Shown: positions 43,814-58,043, numbered from the stretch's first letter. The stretch is DNA of 64,000 nucleotides from the human T2T-CHM13v2.0 reference genome, Homo sapiens (GCF_009914755.1 NC_060932.1), one strand, 5' to 3'. Made by a program: numbers and translations. Notes: generated by a model from the sequence alone, not told the origin.

Positions 43814-46063
43814 TGTATTAGTCTGTTTTTATGCTGCTGATAAAGACATACCTGAGACTGGGAAGAAAAAGAGGTTTAATTGGACTTACAGTTTCACATG
43901 GCTAGGGATGCCTCAGATTCATGGCAGGAGGTGAAAGTTACTTCTTACATGGTGGTGGCAAGAGAAAGTGGAGAAAAAGCAAAAGCAGAAACTCCTGATA
44001 AACCCATCAGATTTCATGAGACTTATTCACTATCATAAGAATAGCACTGGAAAGACTGGCCCCCATGATTCAATTACCTCCCACTGGGTCCCTTCCACAA
44101 CACGTAGGAATTCTGGGGGATACAATTCAAGATGAGATTGCGGTGGAGACACAGAGCCAAACCATATTATTCCACCCCTGGCCCCTCCAAATCTCATGCC
44201 CTCACATTTCAAAATCAATCACACCTTTCCAACAGTTCCTGAAAGTCTTAACTCATTTCAACATTGACCCAAAAGTCCACAGTGCAAAGTCTCATCTGAG
44301 ACAAGGAAAGTCCCTTCAGTCTATGAGCTGTAAAATCAAAAGTAAGCTAGTTACTTCCTAGATACAATGGGGGTACAGGTATTGGGTAAATATAGCCATT
44401 CCAAATGAGATAAATTGGCCAAAACAAAAGGGTTACAGGGCCCATGCACGTCGGAAATCAGGCGAGGCTGTCAAATTTTAAAGTTGCAAAATGATCTCCC
44501 TTGACTCTAGGTCTCACATCCAGGTCATGCTGGTGCGAGAGGTGGGTTCCCATGGCCTTGGGCGGCTCCATCCCTGTAGCTTTGCAAGGTACAGCCTCCC
44601 TCCCAGCTGCTTTCATGGGCTGGTGTTGAATGTCTGTGGCTTTTTTAGGCACACAGCTGTCAGTGGATCTACTATTCTGGGTTCTGGAGGATGGTGGCCC
44701 TCTTCTCACAGCTCCACTAGGCAGTGACCCAGTAGGGACTCTGTGTGGGGGATCTGACTGCACACCTCCCTTCTGCACTTCCCTAGCAGAGGTTCTCCAT
44801 GAGGGCCCAGCCCCTGCAGCAAACTTTTGCCTGCACATCCAGGCATTTCCATACATCTTCTGAAATCTAGGTGGAGGTTCCCAAACCCCAATTCTTGACT
44901 TCTGTGCACCCACAGGCTCAGCACCACATGGAAGCTGCCAAGGCTTCCCTTGAAGCCACAGCCTGAGCTGTACATTGGCCCCTTTCAGCCATGGCTGAAG
45001 CACCTGGGACATAGGGCACCAAGTCCCTAGGCTGCACACAGCACAGGGACCCTGGACCCAGCACACGAAACCATTTTTTCCTCCTGGGCCTCAGGGCCTG
45101 TGATGGGAGAGGCTGCCTTGAAGGTCTCTGGCATGGCCTGGAGACATTTTCCCCATGGTCTTGGAGATTAATATTAGGCTCCTTGCTACTTATGCAAATT
45201 TCTGCAGCTGGCTTGAATTTCTCCCCAGAAAATGGGTTTTTCTTTTCTATTGCATAGTCAGGCTGCAAATTTTCCAAACTTTTATGCCCTGCTTCCCTTA
45301 TAAAACAAAATGACTTTAACAGTACTCAAGTCAGCTCTTGATTATTTTCCTGCTTAGAAAATTCTTCCAGATACCCTAAATCATCTCTCTTAAATTCAAA
45401 GTTCCACAAATCTCTACTTCCACAAATATTGCTAGTCTCTGTGAAAACATAACAAGAGTCACCTTTGCTCCAGTTCCAACAAGTTCTTCATCTCCGTCTG
45501 AGACCATCTCAGCCTGGACCTTATTGTCCATATTGCTATCAGCATTTTGGGCAAAGCCATTCAACAAGTCCCTAGGAAGTTCCAAGCTTTCCCACAGAAG
45601 CCTTCTTCTGAGCCCTCCAAACTTTTCCAACCTCTGCCTGTCACCCAGTTCCAAAGCCCAAAGTTGTTTCCACATTTTTGGGTACCTTTTCAGCAACACC
45701 CCGCTACACTGGTACCAATTTACTGTATTAGTCTTTTTTCACACTTCTAATAGACATAACTAAGACTGGGAAGAAAAAGGGGTCTTACAGTTCCATATGG
45801 CTGGGGAGGACTCAGAATCATGGCAGGAGGCAAAAGGCACTTCTTACATGGTGGTGGCAAGAGAAAATGAGGAAGCAAAAGTGGAAACCCCTGATAAACC
45901 CATCAGATCTCATGAGACTTATTTGCTACCATGAGACTAACACAGGAAAGACCAGCCCCCATGATTCAATTACCTCCCCCTGGGTCTGTCCCACAGCATG
46001 TGGGAATTCTTAGAGATACAATTCAAATTGAGATTTGGGTGGGGACACAGCCAAAACATGTCA
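43814..46063 (-). mobile_element. Complete THE1 provirus (THE1A-like): LTRs 43814-44169 and 45724-46063 plus internal region
   Basis: THE1 LTR text; perfect 5-bp TSD gagta at 43809-43813 and 46064-46068. Confidence 0.94.
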
Positions 46064-47049
46064 GAGTAGGTACAAGATTATGACAACAAAGATGTAAAAT
46101 ATACTGCTTTAAATAGTTAATAATCTTTTAAAGCAGTTAAAAATATATATAACAGAATTTTATGGCTCCAGATATTACCTTATCTAGAAGTATTTATTTC
46201 TTCCTGTAAATCCAGGGCTCTATCTCATATCATTTTCTGTCATGCTTAAGAACTTCTTTTAGCATCTATTGTAGTGCAGTAGAGTTTGACCCCTTTATAG
46301 GGGGTCAATACAATATGATACAGTACGATACAGTAGATGTCTTTGTAGCTACCAAAATAAGACAATTTCTTTATATATATCAATAGGATATTGTTTTATA
46401 TTAAAATATTGACTTTTGCATATTTGTTCATGTATTAGCTATCTCACTGATCATGTCATTTTTATTAAAAATAATCTTGTCACTTCTAAAATTTTATTCA
46501 CTTTGATTTTCATCTACTATTTTAATTTCTGTCTGCCATGTATTATGTGGAATAGGTTTGCTGCAGTCAAATTCTCTCAGCTTTTGTTTCTCTGAGTCAT
46601 CTTTTTTTCATCTTGATTTCTGAATAGTATTTTCACTGATTTTGGAATTCTAGTTTGACAATTTTTATATTTCAACACTTTAAAGATGGTGTTTCTTTGT
46701 CTTTTCATCTCCATTGTTTCTGATAAAAAGTGAATGGCCATTGATGTTGTTGTTCCTCTTTATATGGTGTGTCATTTTTCTTTGGATGCTTGCAACTTTT
46801 CCTTGTTGTCATTGTTTATTGAGATCCGTCTCTTTCTACTCTTCCACAGACAAGGACAATAGTAGATATCTTTTTTCCTATAAAGGGGTCATTCTTTTCT
46901 GGCATTTAGTTCACTCCAAAGGCTTATTTGTGTTCTTGGTTCTTTTGTACATAAACAAAATCTATGATTTGGGGGCTTTTCAGATAATTGTGTTTGTGTT
47001 TCTTACTACAAGAACAATGGTTTCTTGCAGATTTCCACCTTCTAAATAG

Positions 47050-48250
47050 AGGTAAAAGTTATGTTTCAAGTATATTTTTATTCACATACTATATATCATA
47101 TAAAGTCTAATTTTTATATCAGTTTATAATACTAATTGCCTCCTTGTATTCTTACCAACACTGTGTATTAATACATGTCTTATCTTTCCTAAAATAATAG
47201 ATGACAAAATTGTAGCTTTAAAAAATTACATTTATTTAAATGAAAGTTAAACGTTTCAAAATCATCTGTATTTTCATTTCTTTACACTGAGGAATTTCTT
47301 TTTTCTTTAATTTATTAGTTTTGTGCAAGTAAGACATTTTCTTATATTAATGATTCTTATATATAAAAAAGAGTTTTAGTCCAAATTTTTCACTGTCATT
47401 TTGACTTTTTTTAATGTACGGATTTTTATTTTTAATGTAAACATTTTAATGAAAGTTCTTATTTCTGTCTTCTGGGAACTGTGTCTGACTCAAAAGGCAA
47501 TACTAATCCCCATAATTTTTAAAAGCAGTTTTAAGTTTTAACTTTAATGTTTAAAATTTAAACCCATTCAGAATATATTTTTATATAAGAAGTAAGAGGT
47601 GTCTCATTTTATTTATTTTTAATGCATTAAAAGTATTAGAGTATTTTAAGGTATGAATAAGCACCTTTTACTTACTAATACATCTTGTTACCACTTGTAT
47701 AAAATGAATATCAAATTTCTGTTATATATTTGGATATATTTCTGGACTCTCCTCTGTTTTATTGATGTCCTTACCAATTCATGTGCCAGTATGAAACTAC
47801 TTTACTTTCTGTAGGTTTATCACATATTTTAACGTGTCTGAGGTCTATTTCACTGGCTCATTAGAGTTTTTTGGCTATTCCTGCATATTTATTTTTATAT
47901 GAAGTTTAGAATCAGTCTATCTAGTTCCTAACATTATCTGTTGGTATTTTTTATTTCAATTTTTTAATTTTTAAATTATTTTAGGGATAATTGACCCTTA
48001 CAAGATTCAGTCATCATATTAAAAAATAGGGCTTTTAATTTATTCAAGCCTTATTCATGTACTTTAGTTTTTAAATTGTCTTGGACTACATATTTCTTAG
48101 CAAGAATTTTTCTGACACATTTTGTCTTTGTGGTTACCAAAATAAGATAATTTTTTATACGTATCTGTAAGGTATTGTTTTATGTCTAAATATCAACTTC
48201 TGCATATTAATTTATCTACTAGATATCTCATTGGATTCTCATATTGTTTT
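47050..48250 (-). mobile_element. Highly decayed L1ME ORF2/3' fragment
   Basis: ttggctattcctgcatatttatttttatatgaagtttagaatcagt; boundaries approximate. Confidence 0.5.
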
Positions 48251-48659
48251 TATTAAAAATACATATCTCTTTAAAAATTTTATTCACTCTGATTTTTATC
48301 TATTATTTTGATTTTTGTCTGCCATATATTTATGTTCCTTACTTTACAGGTACTGTCTATTTTGTGTGTTTGTTTGTTCTTTTGTGAGGCTCTATGCTTC
48401 CAGCACTTAAGAGTCCTTGATACACAGTAAATATTTAATATATATATGTTTATGCATGAATCTTTAGTAAATAAATCCAACCTTGTTTTCTATTAATACT
48501 ATATTGCATGGTTTCTTTTAGTTTGCATTGGTTTGGTATGCTTTCTCTATTCTTTTATGTTAAATCAGTTTTTGACATTTTGTTTCAAGTGTTTCTTGCA
48601 TATTAAATAGTTTTGTTTCTTTAGTGATCTGATTAGAGAGTTTATTCCATTTACATGTG

Positions 48660-51600
48660 TTTAGTTTTATTAAGGTGTAATTGACAAATAAATACTACTT
48701 ATATATATGGAGTACAACGTGTTGTTTTGATATATGTATACATTGTGAAATGATTAAATCGAATTATTTAAATCCATTATCTCACATACTTGTCAGTTTT
48801 TGAAGAGAAATTTAAATCTAATCTCTTTGCCATTTTCCAGTATACAATACATTACTATTTACTATAGTCCCTATGCTGTACAATAGATATTCAGAGCTTA
48901 TTGATCTTGTCTAAATGAAACTTTGAGCCCATAAATCAACATCTCTCCATTGTCCCCCATCTCCACCAGCCCCTATCAACCACCATTCTACTCTCTTCTT
49001 TTATGAGTTCAACTTTTTTAAGATTCCACATATAAGTGAAATGCAGTATTTGTCTCTCTGTACCTAGCTTATTTCACTTAGCATAATGTCCTTAAGGTTC
49101 ATCTATTTTGTCCCAAGTGACAAGATTTCTTTCTCTTTAATGCTGAATAATATTCAATTGCATATATATCACATTTTCTTTATCTATTGCATAAATTCCA
49201 GGATTTCCTTCTTTTTAAAGGCTGAATAATATTCCATTGTATATATACCACATTTTCATCTGTCAGTGAAAATTTAGGTTGATTCCCTCTTCTGGTTATT
49301 GTGAATTATGCTGCAGTGAACATGAGAATACAAATATGTCTTTGAGATACTGATTTTTTTAATATACACCCAGAAGTGATAGTACTGAATCATATGGTAG
49401 TTCTATGTTTAATTTTTTGAGGCACCTTCATACTCCATAATGGCTGTACTAATTTACATTCCCATCAACAGCATACAAGGGTTTCCTTTTTCCACATTCT
49501 TTCAATACTTATTATCTTTTGTCTATTTGATAATATCCATCCTTTAAAGTGTGAAGTGTTATTTTATTCTAGTTTTAATTTACATTTCCCTAATGTTTAT
49601 TGAGGTTAAGCATTGTCTTTCATACACCTGCTGGCCATTTGTATATCTTTATTTGAGAGATATCTATTTAGGTCCTTTGTCCATTTTTTCATTGGGTTAT
49701 TTGTTTTCTTACAACTGAGTTGTGTTCCTTATGTATTTTCAATATTAACCTCTATCAGACGTATGGTTCGCAGATATTTTCTCCCATACACAGATTGTCT
49801 CTTTATTCTGTTGATTTTTTCCCTTTGCTTCACAGAGGCTTTTTAGTTTGACACAATCCCATTTGCCTATTTTTGTATTTGTTCCCTGTGCTTTTAGGGT
49901 TATATTTCAAAAATCTTTGCCAAGACAAATGTCAAGAAGCTTTTAAAAAATATTTTGTCAATTTAAAGTTTTAGGTTTCAGATGTAAGTCTGTAATTTAT
50001 TTTGAGTTTTGTATATAGTGTGAACTAAGGGTACAATTTCATTATTCTGCACATGGATATCTAATGTTCCCATCACCATTTATTGAAGAGACAATACTTT
50101 CCCCATTGTGTCCTCAGCACCTTTGTCAAAAATCAATTGACTATAAAGTCACGGATTTATTTGTGGGCTCTCTGTCCTGTTCTGTTGGTCTGTGAGTCTA
50201 TTTTTTATGTCAGTACTATGCTTTTTAGATTACTCTAGCTTTGCAGTGTATTTTGAGATTATGTAGTATGATGCTGGTAGCTTTATACTTTTTATTCAAG
50301 ATTACTTTGTCTATTCAAGATTCTTTGTGGTTCCATATGAATTTTATAATTGTTTTTCAATTTCTGTGAAAAATTCCACTGGAAATTTCATAGAAATTAC
50401 ATTGAATCTGCAGATCATTTTGGGTAGTATGGACATTTTAACAATATTTGTTCAATCCATGAACATAGATTATCTTTAAATTTGTATCTTCTACAGTATC
50501 TTTTTTCTTTATAAACATGTACATTTTATTAAATTCCATTGTAGACAGATGTGTGTATAAACTGTTGTGTAAAGATGTGGGGTTAAGGGGGAAAGTTAAG
50601 AAGTACAAGATGCAAGGCCAGCAGTAGACAGTGGAAGACATGGGTTGAAGTCCAAAAGCAGCTAATAGTAGCCTAAGAGATTCCCTATCACCTGTGAAAT
50701 TGCTGAGAAGATCATCACTAAATCAGTGACCCAAAATCTGATGAATCTAGTGGTCAGAAGGATGCCAAAGAACAGGTCACTGATGTTCACACACTTATCA
50801 ATGGAGATATAAGTCTGGGCCCAGTCACATGGCCTGCCATCTTTTGGTCCCTAGACTTCATGGGTTAATTTTATGTGACAAGTCTCAGGAAGCAGCAATT
50901 GATGAAGAGTGTGTTGAACAGGGACCAGGCAACATGGTGGACACAGAGGTCTTACTGTGGATGTTGAAAATGGTGGACTTTACGGCAGCAAGCTGTGGGG
51001 GTACCTCCAACATGGCTGCCTCATGCTTTTTCTTGAGCATCTCATAGTTTGAGGGAAGGCTGATATTGGTGCAAGTGAAGAGGCTTGGGAAGCATGATTC
51101 ATGGTGCCAAGACATAGGCTGTGAAGTCTATGCTGGTACTAGGCTCAGTGGGCTCTCCCTTTTTTGAGTAATTTTTTAATTTCTTTCATTGATGTTTCAT
51201 AGTTTTACGTGTAGAGATCTTTCACCTCCTTGGCTAAATTTACTTCTAAGGATTTTATTTATTATTTTTATGCCATTGTAAATAGTTTACTTGATTTCTT
51301 TTTTAGATAATTCACTCTTAGGGTATAGAAATGCTACTGAGTTTTTAATGTTTTGTATCTTACAATATTACTGAATTTGTTTATAGTTCTAGTAGTTTTT
51401 TAGTGGTGTCTTCAGGGTTTTCTACATATAAGATTATGCCATCTGCAGAGACAATTTAACTTCTTCCTTTCTGCTTTAGATGACTTTTAATTACTTTTTC
51501 TTGCCTAATTGCTCTGGCTAGAATTTCTAGTACTATTTAAAATAGTAATAATGAGAGTGGGCATACTTGTCTTGTTTCTTATCTTAGAGACAAAGCTTTC

Positions 51601-52250
51601 AACTTTTCACTGTTGAGTATATTAGTCCTGGGTTTATGATATATAGCCTTTATTGTGTTCCTTCATTCCTTGCATACCTACATTTATTGAGAGTTTTTGT
51701 TATTAAAAATATTGAATTTTGTCAAATGCCCTTTCTGCATCTATTAAAATGATGTTTTGTCCTTCATTCAGTTAATATAGTATATTACATTTATTGATTT
51801 ATGTATGTTGAACCATCCTTGCATTACAGTGATTAATTCTATTTGATTATAGTGAAGGATCCTTTCAAAGTGCTGTTGAATTTGGTTTGCTAGCATCTTA
51901 TTGATTTTTGCATCTCTATTCATCAGGGATGTTGACATGTAATTTTATTTTCTTATAGTTTCTATTAATGTCTTTCATATTAGGGTAATGCTGGCTTGTA
52001 AAACGAGTTGGGAAGTTTTTCCTTCTCTTTAATGTTTTGACGAATTTTAGAAGGTTTGCTGTTGGTTCTTCTTTAAATATTTAGTAGAAGTTAGCCATTA
52101 AATCATCAGGTCTTGGGCTTTTTTTGGTGAGATTTTTTTTTAAATTACTAATATAATCTCCTTACCCGTTATTGGTCTTCACAGATTTTCTGTTTCTTCT
52201 TGATTCATTCCTGGTAGGTTGTATGTTTCTAGGAATTTGTCCAATTTACA
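48660..52250 (-). mobile_element. L1MA (MA8/9-like) 3' end plus ORF2, interrupted by the IFITM retrocopy
   Basis: ttaaggtgtaattgacaaataaa terminus; ORF2 text resumes after ~51165; old ~78-bp internal duplication at 49122-49260. Confidence 0.82.
50501..51165 (-). pseudogene. Processed pseudogene of an IFITM3-like (CD225/dispanin) gene; CDS remnant 50662-51102
   Basis: gcaccATG at 51102; reconstructed MNHASQ/LFTCTNISLPSNYEMLKKKHEAAML...IHSKTSV/HVAWSLFNTLFINCCFL...KSRDQKMAGHVTG/QTYISIDKCVNI...GYY*; intronless; AATAAA at 50525-50530 then an A tract; 3 frameshifts and 2 internal stops. Confidence 0.93.
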
Positions 52251-52457
52251 TTTATATTTATTGATATGTCAGATTTGTTTGGATATAAATCCCATTTTTT
52301 ATATTAGGCTTTCAATCATTAAAGTTGCTTTCTTTTGTAATCTTTTATAATAGAGTCCTTCTTATAATTTAGAAAATTTAAGAGCATTCTAGTTTTTCTA
52401 CTATATTTTCTTATAACCTTAAATTTAAGATTAAACAATGTTTTAAGTATCATTTAA

Positions 52458-52821
<364 letters not shown>

Positions 52822-52829
52822 GTGCTTTC

Positions 52830-54285
52830 TCTTTACCAAGAGTTATTTAGAGAGTTTAAAATTTCTAAATGAAGAAATTTTTAAATTTTGGTTATTGATT
52901 TCTAGTTTTATTATATTGTAAACCCAGAATGTTGTTTAAATAATTTTGACATAGAATTTAATACCTTTCTGAAATATGTACACAAGTTCTATATATTCTT
53001 GCAAAGAAGATATATTCTCTGTTTTCTCACTGTTAATTTTTATATACAACATAATATTTACATTATTTATTATATTGCTTTTCATTCTTCTGTATACCTA
53101 CTTATTATTTAAAATGTACTTGACCTATTTTAAATAGAGAGTGGTATTTTAAGTTTTACAATTATTAGTAACCATTTCTCCATGAAACTCCCATAGCTTC
53201 TGCTTTATAAAATTGTCTGTTGTTTTGAGTCAATTGCCATATGTTATTATAAGCCTTTGCATTGCAAAGTGTTATTTGTCTTGTTTAATGCTTGTGGCCT
53301 GAATTCTACCTTGTCTGTTATGAAAATCTCAGAACCTGCTTCTTAATAGTTTGCTTTTGAATGGTATATATTTTCCTATCACTTTGTTTTTAGCTTTAGC
53401 GTGTTTCTTTATAAGTGTCACTTATATGTAGAATAGTTCTATTTTGCTTTGAGAGCCTGTTTAAAAATCTTTGTTTTAAAGGTGAGTTAAGCCCACTTAC
53501 AATTATTGATATGACTTATAAGTTTGGGTTCAGTTGTCATATTATCTTATATTATATTTTTTATATTTCTTTAACCAGGTTATTTTTGTTTTGTTTTCTT
53601 GTATTTAGACCATTTTAAACTTTAGTGGTTAACTTTATTCTAAAACTCTTTTCTAATATCTTTAGCCCTGTTTTCCTCAATTTGTTTTCTACTATTTTTT
53701 ATCAGCTTTAAATATTATTCTTTGACCTTCACCTATTATTGTGTGATAATTTTATTTTTAATCTATCTCTCTTCTCCACCCATTATAAAATGTGTCATTT
53801 CTGTTTTGCAGAAAATAAAGCATTTTTCCATCCTTATCCTTAGCTTTGTTTTAGTCTTAGATATATAACTAAATATATTCAGCCCTCATAATACATACTT
53901 TGAAGTTTCCCCAGTCATCTTTTGGTTGGATGAAGCTTATCCTCTTAAAGATTCTTTAGCGAAGACTTCTAAGTATAATATTCTAACTTCTGGCATGTTT
54001 AACACTGTTTTATGTACACTGACACATAAAAGACAGCTTGACTAGGTAATATAATCCCTACTTCACAGCTGTCACAAATTATTTGAAAATTTTATTTATT
54101 TTCTTGCTTTTAAGTTCCATTTGAGAATTTGATGCCAGTTTCATTTCCTTTCCTTTGTAAATGTCTTGTTCATTTTCCTTGATAGACAAGAGATTTTCTG
54201 GCTGTTTATCTTTAAAGTCTAATAGTTTCATTATGCTATGTCTCAGAGTTCATTATGCTGAGGAAATTTTTCCAGGTACATGGTG
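52830..54285 (-). mobile_element. Highly decayed L1M/L1ME fragment(s)
   Basis: ttggttattgatttctagttttattatattg; aggtgagttaagcccacttacaattattg; boundaries approximate. Confidence 0.5.
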
Positions 54286-54288
54286 GGA

Positions 54289-54315
54289 GATATGTGTGTG
54301 TATATATATATATTT

Positions 54316-54361
<46 letters not shown>

Positions 54362-54494
54362 CACTCACACATATTTACATATATACACATAAGTGTATAT
54401 ATGTATACACATAAGTGTGTATGTATACACATAAGTGTGTATATATGTGTGTATATATGTATACATGTATATAGATGTGTGAGTGTATATATAC
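54289..54494. repeat. Compound (TA)n/(TG)n/(CA)n simple repeat with tatacacataagtgt units
   Basis: Directly visible. Confidence 0.92.
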
Positions 54495-55063
54495 ATCTTA
54501 GAACTTATATTGGTAATTGTGTATGTTCAGAGCTTTTTTATTTTGAAAAACTTTGAATTATATTTTAAATATTAGTTTTACATCATCTGTTTGTCTTCTT
54601 TGCTCGTTATTGATCTACATGGTTTTTGAAGGATGTTTGGAGAAATTCAAATTAGAGTGCCTATATTTATGGGAATGAGAACTATCTAGTGCAATGCACA
54701 TTAAGATTACTATAAAGATTCTAAAAAATTTATAAATTTATTTCAATCAGAAATTACTGACTCATTGTATTCTATTAAATAAACTGAGCATTTGTTTTCA
54801 TTTGAAATGTAAGAGCTGTGGTAACAAATTATAAAGCATTTGTTGGTCAGATTGTAGTCAACACAGATGACTCAAGTAGCCCAATTAGATGCATCTCTAG
54901 CATGGAATTGTTTTCCAGGTTTTCTGATTTGTTGAAGATCCAAGTGTATGTATTATTAATTATTCAGTTTCCCCATCCATTCAGATATAACATTATATTT
55001 ACAGAAATAGAACACGGAAGATGATTTCACAATGACTGTGAATTTAATAACTTATAAACTCAC

Positions 55064-55450
55064 TAAAATAGCATCACTTCTAGGTTATCCCACTGCTTAA
55101 TATGAACTGAATATTGGACTACCTAAATTGTTGGGAGATCAGTGGAGATAGTATCCATTTTCCTCATGGCTCTTTTTGGTGCCTGGATCAGACTTTCTCT
55201 TGGACCAACAGACTCTAACACCTCTTCTGGAATTGATTCCAACCGATGATGAGCTACATCTGGCCTGTGAAATGAAAATAGCAAAACCTTTGATTGAGTC
55301 CAAGTTAAGTGGATCTACATCATCTGCTCAGTCAACTTTTGCCAAGATGAATGATGCTGTGTCAGTGTTCCATAATCTCAGAGGTGGATTTCCCCTCTTA
55401 AAAACAAAGTGTTTTCCTTTATATAGGCAATGAAAGAAGAAGAAAAAAAC
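55064..55450 (-). pseudogene. Candidate decayed exon encoding an RGS-like domain (RGS22/RGSL1-like)
   Basis: Acceptor ttttcacacacagcag; donor gtgagt at 55063 (alternative gtagtc at 55122); broken reading PLRLWNTDTASF...DPLNLDSIKGFAIFISQ/LESIPEEVLESVGPRESLIQAPKRAMRKM...DLPTI*; similarity judged by eye. Confidence 0.45.
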
Positions 55451-56879
55451 CTGCTGTGTGTGAAAATGCATTTTGGCTCCTCTATATATTTGGAAACAAA
55501 AACCCTGAAATAACCCTATTTGAGCCTTTTTTTCTTTTTCTTGGATCCCTGCCATCCTAGCCCTTATCAAGTTGCACAAGGGGGCACTGTAGCTGTGAAA
55601 GTTCTGGAGAAGTGAGTTATTTTCTTCCTAGTATCTGAAGAGGCTTAACAGGAACAAGAATGTGAAGGGAAAGGAGAGAATCAATAATTTTCAGAGACTA
55701 TGTGTGTTTTCCAGTTGTTTTAAGTCCCGGCTTAGATTAGAAAATACTCCAAAAGGAACACAAATGGTCACAATAAGCAGAGGGAGAAAAGTGAGAACTT
55801 TGACATCTATTTTACAGATTTGTCCAGTTTCCCACATAGAAGAATGATAAACATAGAAAGGGAAATGAGCTGAAAATAGATGTTTTTGAAATGGAAAATC
55901 ACCCAGCTATGGGGCTATAGTGGAGGCTGATGTTCAAATCCCAACGTCTAAGACCATTCATTCTAGGTCTATTTGATCTCCATAGAAAGAGATCGAGGTT
56001 GGGAATTTTGGTGTAAGGATTGCTAAAGCAATGCAATAAGAGTGTTTGGTAATAATTTAATTGAATGTGTCGTAGTGCCATGATTACTAGTATAACCCCT
56101 CTGCCCTTAGGTCTTGTCAACCTATGAAGCAAATGAGATCATGTTGACATTAATTTCCAAGTTCTGTTTGCTTGGTGGCCCCATCAGACTAACTGTGGGG
56201 CATTCATCTCTGTAGTTCTTCTAAATTATTTATGGGATATTGGGCATATCCACATCAATTCTAGTGCCAAGGCATAATCTAGATTTTACTTAATGGTTTT
56301 GTATTCTTGTGCAGTTCTTTAAAAGCCTCTAAATGCATCTTTCTCTTCTCTTCCTACTCAATTAACTTTACCCTTATCTAGAATACAAGAGATTCTCAAG
56401 TTGTCTTGTAAAGACTGAGCTATCACAGTAACATTTAATTCTAAATAGCTCTTCTGTCTCTTGCATTAATTTAACTGAGCTCACTTGCATTCATTTTTTA
56501 ATCCCTCTGTGTGCTACAGTCAATTATTTAGCAACACATAAGTAAAAGAATACCTGAGAAGTCAATGGGCTGAGATGCAAAGGAAACTAGCTAATGTGTT
56601 GCAGGATGAAATTAAACAGAGCTTGGAAAAATTAAAACATTGCCTTAAAATGTATATGTTATATGTATATAAACTATAAAATATGCTAAATTTATATATA
56701 TAGTATAAATGTATTTTAAAAGTAATGATTAAGTTGAAGAAATATAAAATTTTCATTGCAAATTTTAAAAGCAGAATTGTCAATGCAGAAAATATACCCA
56801 GTAATATGGAGGATAAACTTGAAAAGGTTTCTCAGAACTCAGCAGAAATGTTCAAAGAAATTAAAATGTTCCTTTCTGT

Positions 56880-58043
56880 CTTTTTATTTTTAATTTTACT
56901 TTAAGTTCCAGGATACATGTGCAGAACGTGCAGGTTTGTTACATAGGTATACATGTGCCGTGGTGATCTGCTGCACCTATTGACCTGTCCTCTAAGTTCC
57001 CTCCCCTCACCCTCCACCACACAACATGCCCCAGTGTGTATTGTTCCCCTCCCTATGTCCATATGTTCTCATTGTTCTACTCCCACTTATGAGTGAGAAC
57101 ATGTGGTGTTTGGTTTTCTGTTCCCATGTTAGTTTGCTGAGGATGATGGCTTTCAGCTTCATCCATGTCCCTGCAAAGGACGTGATCTCATTCCTTTTTA
57201 TGGTTGCATAGTATTCCATAGTGTATGTGTACCATAGTTTCTTTATCCAGTCTATCACTGGTGGGCATTTGGGTTGGTTCCATGACTTTGCTGTTAAAAA
57301 TAGTGCTGCAAAAAACATACATGTGCATGTATCTTTATAGTATAATGATTTATATTCCTTTGTGTATATACCAAGTAATGGGATTGCTGGGTCAAATCAT
57401 ATTTCTGGTTCTAGATCCTTGAGGAATAACCATACTGTCCTCCCTAATGGTTGAACTAATTTACATTCCTACCAACAGTGTAAAAGTGTTCCTATTTCTC
57501 CACAGTCTCACCATCTATTGTTTCTTGACTTTTTCATAATTGCCATTCTCACTGGTGTGCAATGGTATCTATTGTGGTTTTGATTTGCATTTCTCTAATG
57601 ATCAGTGATGATGAGCTTTTTTTCGTATGTTTTTTGGCCACGTAAGTGTCTTCTTTTGAGAAATGTCTGTTCATATCCTTTGCCCACTTTTTGATGGGGT
57701 TGCTTTTTTCTTGTAAGTTTGTTTAAGTTCCTTGTAAATTCTGGGTATTTGACCTCTGTCAGAAAATTGCAAAATTTTTCTCCCATTCTGTAGGTTGTTT
57801 GTTCACTCGGATGATAGTTTGTTTTGCTGTGCAGAAGCTCTTTAGTTTAATTAGATGCCATTTGTCAATTTTGGCTTTTGTTGCAATTGCTTTTGTGTTT
57901 TCATCATGAAGTCTTTGCCCATGCCTATGTCCTGAATGGTATTACCTAGGTTTTCTTCTATGGTTTTTATGGTTTTGGGTTTTACATTTAAGTCTTTATT
58001 CCATTTTCAGTTAATTTTGTATAAGGTGTAATGAAGGGGTCCA
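56880..58043 (-). mobile_element. 5'-truncated L1PA (L1PA8A/PA10-like)
   Basis: 3' UTR ttaagttccaggatacatgtgcag...tcctctaagttccctcccctc; ORF2 C-terminal fragments. Confidence 0.9.

Noticed and set aside
44458-45066. 202-aa ORF (and the 170-aa ORF at 18913-19425)
   Set aside because: These lie inside MaLR internal regions; they are remnants or alternative frames of the known THE1/MST internal ORF, not host genes.
54360-54440. Repeated tatacacataagtgt units as a CRISPR-like array
   Set aside because: No unique spacers; part of a compound microsatellite in a primate genome.
55176-55433. Plus-strand 85-aa ORF as a gene
   Set aside because: Non-ATG start and no recognisable family; more likely the antisense shadow of the minus-strand candidate exon.
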